A stretch of 64,000 bases of DNA from Gracilinanus agilis (lineage: Eukaryota): contig NC_058132.1 in NCBI RefSeq assembly GCF_016433145.1, positions 104,922,455 through 104,986,454 on the forward strand. Direction: 5' to 3'. Shown here piece after piece: positions 61,971 to 64,000 of the stretch. Position 1 is the first letter of the stretch. Each line of letters opens with the position of its first letter. A model generated the notes under the pieces. That model made no database searches and was not told where the DNA came from. It saw only the letters and a list, made by a program, of their open reading frames with translations. Made by a program: the position numbers and the translations under genes.

Positions 61971-62600
61971 TTAATTTTTAAATTATTTTTCCATGATTAC
62001 ATATTTCATTTCCTTTCCCTCTCCTCCCCTTCCAGGATCCAATAAGCATTTCCACTGGATACAAATGTTGTCATGTATGCCTGTTTCCATATTATTCATT
62101 TTTGCAATAGAGTAATCTTTTAAACCCCAAACCCCAAATCACATATCCATATAAACAGATGATAAGTCATTTGTTTTTCTTCTGTGTTCCTACTCCCACA
62201 GTTCTTTCTCTACATGTGAATAGCATTCTTTCTCATAAGTGCCTTGGGACTGTCTTGAATTAGCAATGTCTCTTGCATTGTATTGTTCACAATGTTTCAC
62301 TTTCTGTGTATAATATTGTCTTGATTCTGTTTATCTTACTCTGCATCATTCCTAGAAGTTTTTCCAGTTCATGTAGAAATTCTGCAGTTCATCATTCCTT
62401 TCAGCACAGTAGTATTCCATCACCATCAATATACCACAATTTGTTCTGCCATTCCCCAACCAAGAGAAACCCTTCATTTTCCAATTTTTTGCCACCACGA
62501 TGAGTGCGACTATGAATATTTTCATATAGACATTTTTCCTTATTCTCTCTTTAGGGTACAAACCTAGTCGTGATATTACTGGATCAAAGGATATGCAATG
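61971..62600 (-). mobile_element. 5'-truncated opossum L1 3' end
   Basis: TSD aat(c/a)tatacatt at 61959-61970 and 62601-62612, right copy followed by aaaaaa (TT/AAAA endonuclease site). Confidence 0.88.
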
Positions 62601-62837
62601 AATATATACATTAAAAAATTAGAATCACTTGAAAGCTGGGTTAGTGGTGACAAAGCATCATTTATGACAAGTCCCTCATTTTATAAAGAACACCAAGACC
62701 CAGAGAAGAAAAAGTACAGGGTTTCAATGTGAATTAGAACCCAGGTCTTCTCATCCTTAGCCTAAATTCTTTCCTCATTCACCCAAAGACTAGCATAGGG
62801 ACAAATACATAAGTGGGTATAACTGTAGATAGAATGG

Positions 62838-62897
<60 letters not shown>
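62838..62897. repeat. (TAGA)15 perfect tetranucleotide microsatellite
   Basis: Direct count of 60 nt. Confidence 0.98.
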
Positions 62898-64000
62898 ATT
62901 ATTGATTGACTGATTTATAGATGAGAGTGATAGTCATACCAAGACATATAAATAAAAATACCATGTCTATCCTTATCACTAAATTTTGCTCTGGTAAAAT
63001 GTAAGCTTTATAAAGGTAAAGGATTCCTGTCATAATCCTTCACTTTAACACAATTATTTTATTTTCCATCGCTTACTATTTCTAATGTTTTCTTGCTGCC
63101 AAATCGTTTCTCATACCAGTATCACCATCTTGCCTGCCCTTTCTCTTCAAATTCCATATATCTTTAAAGTTTAGACCATGTCTTTCTTCCATGATTCTCT
63201 AGCCCTCGGTGTTTTCTTCCTCTAAATGTAGAGTATACATCATCTATAGGCACTATCTAATTATCTGGGAAATTGTTTCCATTCATGGAGCACTCTACAA
63301 TTCTTTCATAGTATGCCATCTCATTTTGTGCTCACTACAATCCATTAAAATGTGTAGTCCCAATGTTAACCAAACCTATTGAAGTGATGAAGAAATGGAG
63401 GCTGGTGGAGTCACTGTTATGTAAATAGAGATCACGTTATCATTTGTCTGAAATGTTGCCCAGGAGATTGCTGCCTGAAGATCAGTTGGATAAATGACCT
63501 CTGGAGACCTTTCCAACATAGCAAATCTATTATTATCTATGAAAGGTCATGATTTCTCGAGTTCTATCTGAATTCAGAAGCAAAACTGATTAAATCTCAA
63601 CTGGAGAACTTTAGACCTACCGAGTTAGTCATTTCCCAAACAAAAAGAAACTTCTTCCTACTTTCCACCTAAATGCTGTTCAGAAGTATCTGGACAATTT
63701 TGTAAGAAGATGCCTCTGCTGATTCATTTTGATGCTGGAGATTAAACAGAGAGAGCTCTGTAGGAGAGCTCTGGGAGGTGATAAGATTGGCCAGTATTGA
63801 TTTTAGCTTTGCCATGTGGGTTCAAGCAGCATTGACTCAGTGGGCAATAAAGAACAAGCTGACTTGAAACAGATGAAACACTTCCAGAGAACAAGCTCTC
63901 ATGCAGCCCAGCTATCTACCTCCTATATTTTTTTCTGAGAAGTTCTGGTTGTTACTCACGAGCCTGGCACACCAACAAAGAAACACACAAAAGAAACCAG

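Noticed and set aside
1-64000. Prokaryotic features, CRISPR arrays, rRNA, NUMT, snRNA/7SL/Y-RNA pseudogenes, CpG island
   Set aside because: Searched by eye and none seen; the window is CpG-depleted mammalian repeat-rich DNA

Overview
Non-coding, AT-rich marsupial genomic DNA, most likely a didelphid opossum (Monodelphis or a relative). This is inferred from SINE1_Mdo-like and MAR1-like SINEs, opossum-type L1 ends and young hAT MITEs. I found no recognisable protein-coding gene, RNA gene, NUMT or CRISPR array, so the window reads as intergenic or deep intronic. The listed ORFs are repeat-derived, microsatellite/N artefacts or unrecognised. The window is dominated by layered transposable elements: MIR/L2/L3(CR1)/RTE relics, MAR1 and SINE1 SINEs, many L1 fragments, three LTR-type insertions, a Tigger-like element and six hAT MITEs of four families. 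Many have target-site duplications (TSDs) readable directly from the sequence. The most notable observations are: an 887-bp TG..CA insertion built of two LTR-like halves joined by a hairpin; a twin-primed 5'-inverted L1 carrying a solo LTR with a hairpin at its predicted cap site; a set of Buster-type hAT MITEs, one with a perfect 17-bp hairpin; and a few motif-dense unique segments that may be enhancers. None of this demonstrates a new biological system. Repeat family names come from my recall of consensus features, not a database search. Boundaries of old repeats are approximate; TSD-defined boundaries are exact.
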